Positions 28,872 through 38,266 of a DNA stretch of 64,000 bases are shown here, piece by piece. Position numbers and translations under genes: made by a program. This stretch comes from Candidatus Latescibacterota bacterium (GTDB lineage: Bacteria > Latescibacterota > UBA2968 > GCA-2709665): assembly GCA_965203805.1 (NCBI GenBank), contig OZ241917.1, positions 3,584,001-3,648,000 on the forward strand, given 5' to 3'. Positions within the stretch are counted from its first letter, which is position 1. Each line of letters starts with the position of its first letter. A model generated the notes under the pieces. That model saw only the letters and a program-made list of their open reading frames with translations, was not told where the DNA came from and ran no database searches.

Positions 28872-29873
28872 TTAACGAACCTGGCTCATCCTGGAGTTCT
28901 CCGTCATCCCCGGTCTGCGTCCCCGCTTCGCCACGGACCTGGCGCCGATGGTCTTTACATCGGCCGTAAAGTCGATCGGTGACGCGCCGCTGATCGCGCT
29001 GCCCACGCCGAACCCGTCCACGGGGGATCCTGCCCCTGCAAACTCCCGGATGCGTTCCGGCGTCATCCCGCCGCTTACGTAGATCTTCACCTCGCGGCGC
29101 CCGGCGCGGTCAAGCCTCTTCCGAACCCGACTCACGAGATCCGGAGTCACGCCACCCAGTTCAGAGGGTGTGTCCAGACGCACGCCCAACAACCGCCCTC
29201 CCATTGCCTCCGCCAATCGAACGCTCTCGTCCGCTTCATCCATGAACGTATCCACCAGCACGATCCGCATTATCGATTCCGGCATGTGCCGGTCGAAAGC
29301 CAGCGCGGCGGTCAGCGTGTCTCCCATGATCAACGTCAGCGCGTGCGGCATGGTACCGACAGGCTCCCGGCCGGCCAACTTCGCCCCGGCAGGCGTGGCG
29401 CATCCGGAGCAGCCGCCCACGATGGCCGAATACTCCATCCGGTCCGAAACCGCGGGATGGACGTGCCGGGCGCCAAAACTGATCACCGGAATACCCGCCG
29501 CGGCCGCCACGCATGCCCGCGCCGCCGTTGCCCAGCCGCTCTTCTGGGCAAGCGTACCGAGATAGGCGGTTTCATAGATGCCGAAGCGGCTGTAGCGGGC
29601 TCGAATCCGGAGCACGACTTCCCTGCGGGACATCGTCGCGCCTTCGTTGAGCGCCCACACCGACGCATCCTCGGGCAGGACTTCAGCCAGATTCGAGAGG
29701 ACTTCGGTCATGCCGCAAAGGATGCCGTCCCCGTTCGGAAACACCTCCATCGTCACAACGGGATCGATCTCTTCCCGCGCCAGAACCTCGCGGGTATTCA
29801 GAAAGTAGAGATCGGACCGGTCTTCGTCGAAAAACGCCCTCTTCGGCAGCATGTGTTCGTCCGGTCCGGACAA
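28872..29873 (-). CDS. Nicotinate phosphoribosyltransferase (short, archaeal-like subtype)
   Basis: DLYF, ETAYLG, SGWAT, SFGARHVHP, GTMPHAL, LVDTF, VRLDTPS, SGG, DGFGVGS. Start may be 29852. Confidence 0.85.
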   Translation of the reverse strand: MSGPDEHMLPKRAFFDEDRSDLYFLNTREVLAREEIDPVVTMEVFPNGDGILCGMTEVLSNLAEVLPEDASVWALNEGATMSRREVVLRIRARYSRFGIYETAYLGTLAQKSGWATAARACVAAAAGIPVISFGARHVHPAVSDRMEYSAIVGGCSGCATPAGAKLAGREPVGTMPHALTLIMGDTLTAALAFDRHMPESIMRIVLVDTFMDEADESVRLAEAMGGRLLGVRLDTPSELGGVTPDLVSRVRKRLDRAGRREVKIYVSGGMTPERIREFAGAGSPVDGFGVGSAISGASPIDFTADVKTIGARSVAKRGRRPGMTENSRMSQVR

Positions 29874-29931
29874 GTGTCCTGACTCCGGCGGTGATCGCGA
29901 CTCGCGAACACGGGCCGTGCATCACCGCGAA

Positions 29932-30771
29932 TCATTTTTTCTTTTTAGAAGCTGTCTTTAACCGCTCCCGCATCGCTTCCAGATATGCGAGCGGGACGTC
30001 CACACTGCCGATCATCGGATCTCCTCTGCCGTCGCCGTGGCAGTCCGAACCCCCCGTACACAAGAGGTCGTTCTCCGCTGCAATCCTGGAATAACGGGCG
30101 ACGTGTGAGGCATTGTGCTTGGTGTGGCGCACCTCGATGCCATCGAGTCCGTCGGACACCATGCCAGCAATCAGGTCGTCCCTCCGGTACAGTCCCGGGT
30201 GCGCAAGACAGGCCAGCCCGCCCGCAGCCCTGATGACCTGTATGGCCCGGGACGGCGACTGCGAATACTTGGCTGCATACGCCGGTTTCGAATATCCCAG
30301 GTACTTGTGAAACGCTTCGTCGACCGAAGAGACCAGGCCCTCTTCCACCATCACGTCGGCGATATGCGGACGTCCTATCGCGCCTGGCCCCGCCCTGGCA
30401 AGAACCTTCTCCAGAGGCACCCTGAGCCCCATACGATTCAACTTTTCCACCATCCGTTCCGCACGTTGCAACCTCGCCTGTCGAAACGTGTCAAGCCATG
30501 CGATCAGATCCGGATGACCGGGGTCGATGAAATATCCCAGGATATGCACGTCCGTACTGCCGATCCTGGCACTCAATTCGGTTCCCGGCACGACCTCGAC
30601 ACCCAGCCGCCCGCCTTCCTCCCGCGCCGCCGCAACACCCTCTGTCGAGTCGTGATCCGTCAGGCTGATCACGCTGAGTCCGGCCGCCGCGGCCCGGCGC
30701 GCAACTTCCCGTGGCGTGAATGTCCCGTCGGAGCAGGTCGAGTGCAGATGCAGGTCGATGCGCCCCGTCAT
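29932..30771 (-). CDS. PHP-domain metal-dependent phosphoesterase (TrpH/YciV-like)
   Basis: DLHLHSTCSDG, LTDHD, GTELS, VHILGY, GRPHIA, LAHP, TGGSDCHG. Confidence 0.93.
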   Translation of the reverse strand: MTGRIDLHLHSTCSDGTFTPREVARRAAAAGLSVISLTDHDSTEGVAAAREEGGRLGVEVVPGTELSARIGSTDVHILGYFIDPGHPDLIAWLDTFRQARLQRAERMVEKLNRMGLRVPLEKVLARAGPGAIGRPHIADVMVEEGLVSSVDEAFHKYLGYSKPAYAAKYSQSPSRAIQVIRAAGGLACLAHPGLYRRDDLIAGMVSDGLDGIEVRHTKHNASHVARYSRIAAENDLLCTGGSDCHGDGRGDPMIGSVDVPLAYLEAMRERLKTASKKKK

Positions 30772-31340
30772 GGTCCTGCCTTCGGATTGCCGGCCCGCAC
30801 CGGGTCCATGTAGGCCAACCCGCGCCGCTGTCGGCTGCCCTCACGCTTCAAGGCGACGAGTTGGCTTCGTAGAAGATTCCGTTTGATTGCGCTGAAATGG
30901 TCCGTCACCAGAACGCCGTTCAAATGATCGACCTCGTGCTGAACCGCACGGGCGGATATGTCCGTCATCTCCTCGCAGACGACGTTGCCGTTTCGATCAA
31001 GGGCATTTACACGGACCTGCGCCCGGCGGGTTACGTCTCCGACCACCCCCGGCAGGCTGAGGCATCCCTCTTCACCCTCAACCTCGCCTTCGCCCTGACT
31101 CAATTCCGGATTGATCAACACCGCCGGTTCGGCGTCCGGATCGGTGGGGCTCACATCCAGTACCACCACGCGCAGGCTTACGCCAACCTGGGGCGCCGCG
31201 AGCCCGATTCCCTCCGCCTCGTACATCGTCTCGAACATATCGTCCACGAGTGTCCGGATTTCATCCGTTACGGCTTCAACCGGCCGCGCTTTTCTTCTCA
31301 GCGTCGGGCATCCGAATTTCTTGATCTCTAGCAGCGCCAC
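30768..31340 (-). CDS. def: Peptide deformylase
   Basis: GIGLAAPQVG, EGCLS, QHEVDHLNG. Confidence 0.96.
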   Translation of the reverse strand: MALLEIKKFGCPTLRRKARPVEAVTDEIRTLVDDMFETMYEAEGIGLAAPQVGVSLRVVVLDVSPTDPDAEPAVLINPELSQGEGEVEGEEGCLSLPGVVGDVTRRAQVRVNALDRNGNVVCEEMTDISARAVQHEVDHLNGVLVTDHFSAIKRNLLRSQLVALKREGSRQRRGLAYMDPVRAGNPKAGP

Positions 31341-31568
31341 TGTTCAGGTTCCGTAAAGTGAACGTCGGTGCTCAATTGCGCCTTATCAGCCCGTTGATAA
31401 AGTCCATCCGGTCTGCGTCCGGCCCTTGAGACCGAAATACGGCGTTGCCTGCCTGCGCCAAGCAACGCGCGGCAGGCAGGCGCTTCCTCCCCGAATCCAG
31501 GGATTCGCGTCGGTCGCGCGCCTTGTCTTCGGCCACAATGACTCGGCCTCGCCTGCAGAGCGACTTTT

Positions 31569-32447
31569 TCAACGGACTGTTATGGTCAGCAGGGTTTCGT
31601 TCAGACTCCCGCTTCGGTATCCCTGCATATCCACCGTGACGTACCGATATCCGATTTCCTTCAGGCGCGCTACAACCCGGTCGACGAGTCCCTCTTCAAA
31701 GAATCGTCCGATCTCCGCGGCCGGAACTTCAATGCGGGCGATCTCGTCATGGTGCCTCACCCGAACGAGGCTGAATCCCAACGTCTTGAGAAAAGCCTCG
31801 GCCCGGTCGACCATCGAAAGCGCTTCCTCTGTCACCGGCGTCCCATAGGAAATGCGGGATGACAGGCATGCCGATGCGGGATGGTCCCAGGTCGGCAGGT
31901 CCCACGTTCTGGACAACAACCGGATTTCTTCTTTCGTCATGCCGACCTCGACCATCGGCGCCCGCACCCCACGGTCGCTGGCCGCCTTCATCCCCGGCCT
32001 GAAGTCACCCACGTCGTCCGCGATGGCCCCGTAGATCAGAAATCGATACCGTCCCCCGTACTTTAAAAGGACGTCATCCAGTTCGTCCGCCAGCGCCGTC
32101 TTGCAGTGGTAGCACCGGTCAGACTCGTTCTTCACATAGTCGGGATTCTCCATTTCCCGTGTATGGACCACTTCCATCGCGATGCCGATCCTGGCCGCGA
32201 GAGCCCGCGCGTTCTCGAGTTCACCGGTCGCATAGCTGGCCGAAACCGCGGTCACCGCCAGCGCGTTCGATCCCAGCACCCTGTGTGCCGCCGCGGCCAG
32301 AAACGTGCTGTCCACGCCGCCCGAGAACGCCACGACCACACTTCCCAACCCGTCGAGAAGGTCTTCCAGCCGCCGCAATTTTTCCTCGGCCTGCGAAATA
32401 TCGACCCGCGCGTCTTCTCTCGTGCGGTGTTCAACAGGAGACGTCAC
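31569..32447 (-). CDS. larE: LarE-family ATP-dependent sulfur transferase (PP-loop)
   Basis: AFSGGVDS, RCYHCK, D.RPG..A, KEEIR, ACLSSR..YG, RVRHH...ARIE, GYRSGSLN. Confidence 0.9.
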   Translation of the reverse strand: MTSPVEHRTREDARVDISQAEEKLRRLEDLLDGLGSVVVAFSGGVDSTFLAAAAHRVLGSNALAVTAVSASYATGELENARALAARIGIAMEVVHTREMENPDYVKNESDRCYHCKTALADELDDVLLKYGGRYRFLIYGAIADDVGDFRPGMKAASDRGVRAPMVEVGMTKEEIRLLSRTWDLPTWDHPASACLSSRISYGTPVTEEALSMVDRAEAFLKTLGFSLVRVRHHDEIARIEVPAAEIGRFFEEGLVDRVVARLKEIGYRYVTVDMQGYRSGSLNETLLTITVR

Positions 32448-33901
32448 TTGCGATCCTCCACTCCGCCAGGCATCACGACCGCATCGACCATCCCGTGCAG
32501 TACTTTCTTATCCGGCGGACACACCGTGGCCTGCACGCCGGACAACACGGGCCGACCGTCCTGAATGAAGTAGTATGGCTGAATGCGCACCCGCCCTTTG
32601 AGGCGCATGATGCGGTCCGTCGCGAAATCATAGTACGTCACCGGAAAGCGGGAACCCGTGTGGAACTCCTGCAGAATGTGCGGCGACCTGTCGAAATCGG
32701 CAAGCGCGGACTCGATCGTCGTCCGCCAGTCCGTCTCTGACATATCGTGGCCGACCGATACGCCCCGGCTGCCCCAGGCCCGGTCCGAGAACCCTGACGG
32801 TTTGATCACGAAATGGCGCTGTTTCTGCTTCAGGCTGCCGAGGGCGCGCCAATCTCCGAACGCCTGGCCGTCTACACTCAATCCCGGTATGACGCCGTAC
32901 GGCGGCACGGGAACCGGGTCCAGAATCCATGTCTTCGGAAAGGTCTGCATCAGAAACGCCACGCCCTCTTCTCCCAGTTCGCGAATCCAGAACGATTGCA
33001 ACATGGGATGGTGGAAGAGCGCCATTAACATCTTTTCTTCCAGCTGAGCCTTCAGCGGCGGCGTTGCCTTTACCGTTCCCTTGCGAATGGCATACAGAAT
33101 CAGATCCATCTTCGGGATGTTTTTCAGGTCGAACAATTCAAAGAATCTATAAAGCACATCGATCTGCCGCCTTCCTCCCGCGCCGTTCACGAACAGCCCG
33201 GCTTCGCTGAAAAGCACCTCCTCAGGGCGCACCACGTAGGTTTCCAGTCCCGCACGATTCATGGACTCGCCCAACCAGGTCATTTCAGGACGGTACCCCG
33301 AAGATTCCTCCGAAACCACAACACCGAGAACCGGCTCTTTCAACCCGGCAATCGACCGCACCATCCCCATGAATCCGTTCAGCATACCGTCGGCGCCACC
33401 CACAATGTCGAATCCGAATCGGCCGTACCGCTCCGCCAGGCTGGCCGTAAACCCGATGCCGCCCGGCACCGAATCCAGTTCGGATGCGATCGTTCCATTG
33501 GGGGTCGGGATCAAATCCGGCCGGATTACCAGGGGCAGATGCTGTTTGAATCGGTTCATCCGGCCGTATCCGATGACGGTTTCCGGCTTTCCCTGATCCA
33601 GATATTCCGATACCCATGCGGGCTGAATATTGCGGACGCTCTGAGAATACAGAAGGTTGCATGCCTTGTAAAATTCGTACAGATGGACGCCCAGGCGTTT
33701 CAGATGATCGATCACCCGCGGCGGCATCCAGAACGGCTCGGGAGACACCCGCCACGGGCTGTTCGAATTCGGATGCACCGTGCGCTGCACGTCCGTATAC
33801 AGGCCGCCTGAGGGCGTCATCCTGTCGATTTGAAGGCTGCGGGCCTTCGCGTCCGTCAATTCAATCGGTTCTTGCTGCGCACAGATTCCCATGCCTCGCA
33901 C
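32444..33901 (-). CDS. Uncharacterised ATP-grasp-like protein (glutathionylspermidine synthase or circularly permuted ATP-grasp-like)
   Basis: IRPD, ELDSVPGG, LYRFFE, EEK, VIKPSG..AWGSRGV.VG, ILQEF. Start may be 33892. Confidence 0.6.
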   Translation of the reverse strand: MRGMGICAQQEPIELTDAKARSLQIDRMTPSGGLYTDVQRTVHPNSNSPWRVSPEPFWMPPRVIDHLKRLGVHLYEFYKACNLLYSQSVRNIQPAWVSEYLDQGKPETVIGYGRMNRFKQHLPLVIRPDLIPTPNGTIASELDSVPGGIGFTASLAERYGRFGFDIVGGADGMLNGFMGMVRSIAGLKEPVLGVVVSEESSGYRPEMTWLGESMNRAGLETYVVRPEEVLFSEAGLFVNGAGGRRQIDVLYRFFELFDLKNIPKMDLILYAIRKGTVKATPPLKAQLEEKMLMALFHHPMLQSFWIRELGEEGVAFLMQTFPKTWILDPVPVPPYGVIPGLSVDGQAFGDWRALGSLKQKQRHFVIKPSGFSDRAWGSRGVSVGHDMSETDWRTTIESALADFDRSPHILQEFHTGSRFPVTYYDFATDRIMRLKGRVRIQPYYFIQDGRPVLSGVQATVCPPDKKVLHGMVDAVVMPGGVEDRK

Positions 33902-34036
33902 CTGACCTGTTTCGGTGAAGGAGCAGCCCGTCTGCGGAAAATGCGGACCATCGCAGCGAATCTTCCGGGACAGAACGCTTGCTTCCGCCAGGAGACCCTG
34001 GCCGCGGCAATGCGACCCTCTTCGAACGGCGACCGC

Positions 34037-34495
34037 TTACGAACCGCTTCCCCCGTTCCGTTTCTGACGTCGTTTCGGCTTTCTGACTCTCTTCCAGACC
34101 ACCGTGGACCCGCCGATCTGCAGTCGCCGCCAGGGTTTGCCGACGTCGCCGGTCTCACCGCTCTGCTTGCCGGCCTCCGATCCGGCGTCCTGGCGATTTC
34201 GGGCCCGGGGTCGCGGTATCGGGGATTCGCCGGCCGGCAGGAGCGCCTGAACGGACGACAGCGTTTCCGAAACGGAAAGCCCATGCGCATCCGATTCATC
34301 CTGCAGGTTCAGGCGCGCGGCAGCGGCCTCGTATACCGCCTTCGCCGCCTCAACGCGCGCTTCGAGCAGGCCGAGCGTGCGTCTGAGTTCATCAACCTGA
34401 GAGGCGGAGGCCTCAATTTCGCGGCGGGCGTGCTCAAGCACCTGTTCGTAGAGGTCGTTCCGTTCACCCGTTGATTCTTCCATCATCTCCACCAA
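34037..34495 (-). CDS. Hypothetical protein with N-terminal coiled coil and basic tail
   Basis: Heptad-like helix EHARREIEASASQVDELRRTLGLLEARVEAAK; co-oriented with its neighbours and abutting the S41 gene. Confidence 0.5.
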   Translation of the reverse strand: MVEMMEESTGERNDLYEQVLEHARREIEASASQVDELRRTLGLLEARVEAAKAVYEAAAARLNLQDESDAHGLSVSETLSSVQALLPAGESPIPRPRARNRQDAGSEAGKQSGETGDVGKPWRRLQIGGSTVVWKRVRKPKRRQKRNGGSGS

Positions 34496-36433
34496 TCAAT
34501 GCGTGTTCCCTTCGGCAAGCGCCAACTTCAACCTCTGTCTGTATCGTTGGGGATCCTTGAGAATCCGAACGGCCTCCTGAAACTGTTCATCGCCGCTCAG
34601 CCGCGCCAGAATTCGCCCTTTCTTGCCCCAGACCCGGTTTCCCAGTTCCCTCCCGATCTCCAGCCTGATAAACGGTTCGGCCTTTTCGAACTCCGCCTCC
34701 CGCTCCGTTTCAACGACTTTGCGCAGGACTTCCAGTGCCTTGTCCGCCTTCGCCTCGAGTCCTGCCGCCGTCAGTGCGCGATTCAGACTCTCCAGTTCGT
34801 TTTCTGACGGGGTACGGTATCGCTTGAAGTTTCCGATCTTTGACGTATCCGCGAGGAATGCCCGGAACGCGGCGATTTCGGCATCTCCCACCTCATACTC
34901 CTCCGGGCGCTTCGGAAACGCGTTCCGCGCGGCGTATTCAACGGCGAAATCGAAAAAGAGGCCGGCTCGGTACATTTCGAGAATAAGCCGCGGCCTGCGC
35001 TTTGGCTTCACAACCACGTCGGGGGTAATTCCGCCTCCGCCGTAGACCGTGCGTCCACCAGCGGTTTTGAATGCCCTGGCCGAGTCCGGAGCTTCGGAAG
35101 CAAGACCTTCCTCTCTCAACGCCTTCCCCAGCATCTGCCCCAGTTCCATCTCGAAAAGCTGCTCCGCCTGTTTTGAGGATTCCAGGTCGAACTGCTCGAA
35201 CAGCCGTGTGACCGCGTCCTCCCGCGTCTCTTCCCCGGCAATCGTCGCAACCGTCTGGTACAGCGGCACCTGCAACTTCCCGACGTTCAAGACAAGGTTG
35301 CCCAGCCTGCCGAACCGTCTGTTTTTGTGGATGCTGCGCCCGCTGGGGGTGTAGTAGAGCGCCGTTGTCCACTTAAGCGCTTTGTCGTCGCCAACCTGCT
35401 GGAAGGATTGCACAGATCCCTTTCCAAAGGTCGACACCCCAAGGATCAACCCGCGGTCCGAGTCCTGAATTGCGCCGGCTACAATCTCCGAGGCGCTCGC
35501 GCTGTGCGCGTTGACCAGTACCACAAGTGGGATATCTCTGACGCGGGACTTCTCCCGGGTACGATATTCCTTATTCTGGGATTCCACGCGCCCCCGGGTG
35601 GTGACCACCAGCAGATCGGGTCCAAGAAACACGTCGGCGACGGCGACGGCCTGCGTCAGCAGCCCGCCCGGATTCCCCCGCAAGTCCAGAATAATGCCCT
35701 CCACGTTCTTGGCTTTCAATTCGTCAACTGCCGCTGCCAATTCATCGGGCGTGGTTTCCGAGAACCGGCTGTTGATCAAGCCGGACATGGCAATATATCC
35801 GATGCCTTCTTCTATTCCGGCAATGCTCGCCACGCTCTTTACGCGAATGCGCGCCCGGATAACCTCCTGGTCGAACGGCTCCGACCGACCTGTCCGGTCG
35901 ATTGTAATCACAACCCGATTGCCCGGCGTCCCCCGCAGCACATCCACAACCTCCTCCAGCTTCCTGTCGAGCGTAGGGTCGCCATCCACCGCGACGATCC
36001 GATCGCCGACCACGAGTCCGGATGTGTCCGCGGGCGTACCCTCGATCACACTCAGAACGACGGGCACCTCGACACCGTTCCTCTTCATGGTGCTGATCGT
36101 GATGCCCAGGCCGCCGAATTTCCCCTGGGTATCGATCATAAGGTCTTCGAAGGTGCGCCGATTGAGGAATTGGGTATACGGGTCCAGTTCATCCAGCATG
36201 CCTTCTATCGCCGACGTCGTGAGCGAGTCGGATGCCAGCGGTTTAAAGTAGCTCGTGGTCAGTAGTTTCAGCGTTTCGGCGTATTCGTCTATGCTGCGAC
36301 CCACGGTGGCGTACGCGTCTTCTCCGTTGACGAGACGCGAGTCCAGGAACACGCAGGTTGCCAGAATGACGACCAGCGACGCCCCAACCCATATTCGTCT
36401 GCGATTACGTCCGATCATATTCCGCCTCCGCAT
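34496..36433 (-). CDS. S41A C-terminal processing peptidase (CtpA/Prc) with PDZ domain and an internal insert
   Basis: LDPYT, FGGLGI, DLRGNPGG, SASASEIVAGAIQD, TFGKGSVQ, YYTPSGRSI, GGGGITPD; N-terminal membrane anchor. Confidence 0.93.
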   Translation of the reverse strand: MRRRNMIGRNRRRIWVGASLVVILATCVFLDSRLVNGEDAYATVGRSIDEYAETLKLLTTSYFKPLASDSLTTSAIEGMLDELDPYTQFLNRRTFEDLMIDTQGKFGGLGITISTMKRNGVEVPVVLSVIEGTPADTSGLVVGDRIVAVDGDPTLDRKLEEVVDVLRGTPGNRVVITIDRTGRSEPFDQEVIRARIRVKSVASIAGIEEGIGYIAMSGLINSRFSETTPDELAAAVDELKAKNVEGIILDLRGNPGGLLTQAVAVADVFLGPDLLVVTTRGRVESQNKEYRTREKSRVRDIPLVVLVNAHSASASEIVAGAIQDSDRGLILGVSTFGKGSVQSFQQVGDDKALKWTTALYYTPSGRSIHKNRRFGRLGNLVLNVGKLQVPLYQTVATIAGEETREDAVTRLFEQFDLESSKQAEQLFEMELGQMLGKALREEGLASEAPDSARAFKTAGGRTVYGGGGITPDVVVKPKRRPRLILEMYRAGLFFDFAVEYAARNAFPKRPEEYEVGDAEIAAFRAFLADTSKIGNFKRYRTPSENELESLNRALTAAGLEAKADKALEVLRKVVETEREAEFEKAEPFIRLEIGRELGNRVWGKKGRILARLSGDEQFQEAVRILKDPQRYRQRLKLALAEGNTH

Positions 36434-36538
36434 TTTCCGGTCCCGCCAATCTGCGGCGCCGCCGGTGGTGCTCTGTCCGGTTGGGCTGTAAGTCCTCTGC
36501 CTCCGGGCGCTCGACCATGCGCCCGGATTCTCCTATTG

Positions 36539-37174
36539 TCATCCGCCGGGGCGATCCGCGACGGCCAGCCGCTCGTGTGTCTCGTTGTAGATCAGGCATT
36601 CCAGATCCTCGACGGACAACCGGCCGTCGACCCGAAAAACGCGCTCGGGTTCCTCCTGCCAGGTCCTCAGATACCCGCCTCGTACCCGCTCAAAAAAAGC
36701 ATCGCCGGCCGCTTCGAGCCTGTCGGCCTCTGCCAATGAGGACCGCTGTCCGGCGGTTTCGAGATCCATATCGATCCAGACGGTCAGGTCCGGCCTCAGC
36801 CCCCCGGTGGCCACCTCCTGCACGGTATGAATGCGGTCCGGTTCCAACCCGCGCCCATCGCCCTGATAGACGACCGTCGAATCGGCATAGCGGTCTGAAA
36901 CAACCACTTTGCCCTGCGACAATGCCGGCCGGATCAGCGTATTGACGTGCTGGGCCCGATCGGCCGCGAATAACAGCATCTCGGCGGCGGGGTGCACCTC
37001 CTCGCGACGCGCGAGCAAGAGACTGCGAACCTTTCGGCCCAGCCAGGTTCCCCCCGGCTCCCTGGTGAACACCACGTCGCGGCCCTCCGCGCGAAGCCTC
37101 TCGACCAGCCGCTCGGCCTGTGTGGTCTTCCCGCACCTGTCGATACCTTCAAACGTAATAAACAGTCCGGCCAC
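36539..37174 (-). CDS. tmk: Thymidylate kinase
   Basis: FITFEGIDRCGKTTQ, TREPGG, ADRAQH, DRY.DS..YQG; GGAGG RBS before GTG 37174. Confidence 0.95.
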   Translation of the reverse strand: MAGLFITFEGIDRCGKTTQAERLVERLRAEGRDVVFTREPGGTWLGRKVRSLLLARREEVHPAAEMLLFAADRAQHVNTLIRPALSQGKVVVSDRYADSTVVYQGDGRGLEPDRIHTVQEVATGGLRPDLTVWIDMDLETAGQRSSLAEADRLEAAGDAFFERVRGGYLRTWQEEPERVFRVDGRLSVEDLECLIYNETHERLAVADRPGG

Positions 37175-37275
37175 GCCGATGGAACCTCCCGTGCTCCATA
37201 TGGGTGGCCTGCCCGCGCAGCGTACTGCCTGCCTGTGCGTGTACGCACGCAGACAGGCGCTGCAGGCAGGCGCCG

Positions 37276-38184
37276 TTATCCGAGCAACTGCGTCAGGATC
37301 GCCTTTTGGACGTGCATCCTGTTTTCCGCCTGATCCACCGCCACGCACCTGGGGCTTGCCATCACTTCGGCCGTCAATTCGTACCCTTTGTGCGCGGGCA
37401 GGCAATGCATGACCAGTGCGCCGGTCTTGTCCAGGAGGTCCATAGTTATCTGATACGGAGCAAATGCCTCAACGCGCCTGTTTTTTTCGGCTACATATGC
37501 GGGATCTTCGAAAAACTCCATGTCGATCCAGGTATCCGTATAGAGAAAGTCTGCCTCGGCCGCTGCCGCCTCCAGATCGAGGGTTTCCTGAAAAAGGCCG
37601 GTCGTCCTTGCCTGATTGGTAAGTTCTTCGTCTTCGGAGGGTTTGTTTACCTCCGGCGTCACCGTCGTGATCCTCACTCCGGCCTTGGTACATCCGGCAA
37701 TCAGAGAATTGCACACATTGTTCCGAATGCCCACGTAAACCATGTGAGCGCCATCGAGTTTTCCCCGGATTTCGCGGACCGTCATCAGATCGCCAAGCGC
37801 CTGGCAGGGATGGTACCGGTTGCAGCACCCGTTAATCACAGGCACCTCGGCCCCGGCGGCAAGTTTCTTCAGGTCGCAATGATTCAACATCCGGGCCATA
37901 ATGACGTCAGAGTACCGGGAAAGCACCTGGGCCTCGTCTCCAAGGTCCGCGAGCTGGAAATTGGTGGCGCGCCAGTCCAGATTCATGGCATACCCGCCCA
38001 ATTGGTTCATGCCCGTCTCAAACGAACACCGGGTACGCGTCGACGGTTTCTGAAACAGCATCGCCAGCGTCCGTCCCTGCAGAGCGCCCGAAAATCGTTT
38101 CGGGTCTGCCTTCATCAACAGACCCGCTTCTACCGTTTCCAGGATATCCGCTTCCGACCATGTCTTGAGCGTAATCAGATCCAT
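37276..38184 (-). CDS. argF: Ornithine carbamoyltransferase (variant lacking the SMG motif)
   Basis: FQKPSTRTRCSFE, HPCQALGD, NNV, MHCLPA, QAENR. Confidence 0.88.
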   Translation of the reverse strand: MDLITLKTWSEADILETVEAGLLMKADPKRFSGALQGRTLAMLFQKPSTRTRCSFETGMNQLGGYAMNLDWRATNFQLADLGDEAQVLSRYSDVIMARMLNHCDLKKLAAGAEVPVINGCCNRYHPCQALGDLMTVREIRGKLDGAHMVYVGIRNNVCNSLIAGCTKAGVRITTVTPEVNKPSEDEELTNQARTTGLFQETLDLEAAAAEADFLYTDTWIDMEFFEDPAYVAEKNRRVEAFAPYQITMDLLDKTGALVMHCLPAHKGYELTAEVMASPRCVAVDQAENRMHVQKAILTQLLG

Positions 38185-38266
38185 GGGCGAATCACGCTCC
38201 CTCTCACCCGTTCGCGCGATCGATTGCCGATCGCCGCCCGTTTCAGTTCAATTCGATCGCCGGAAA

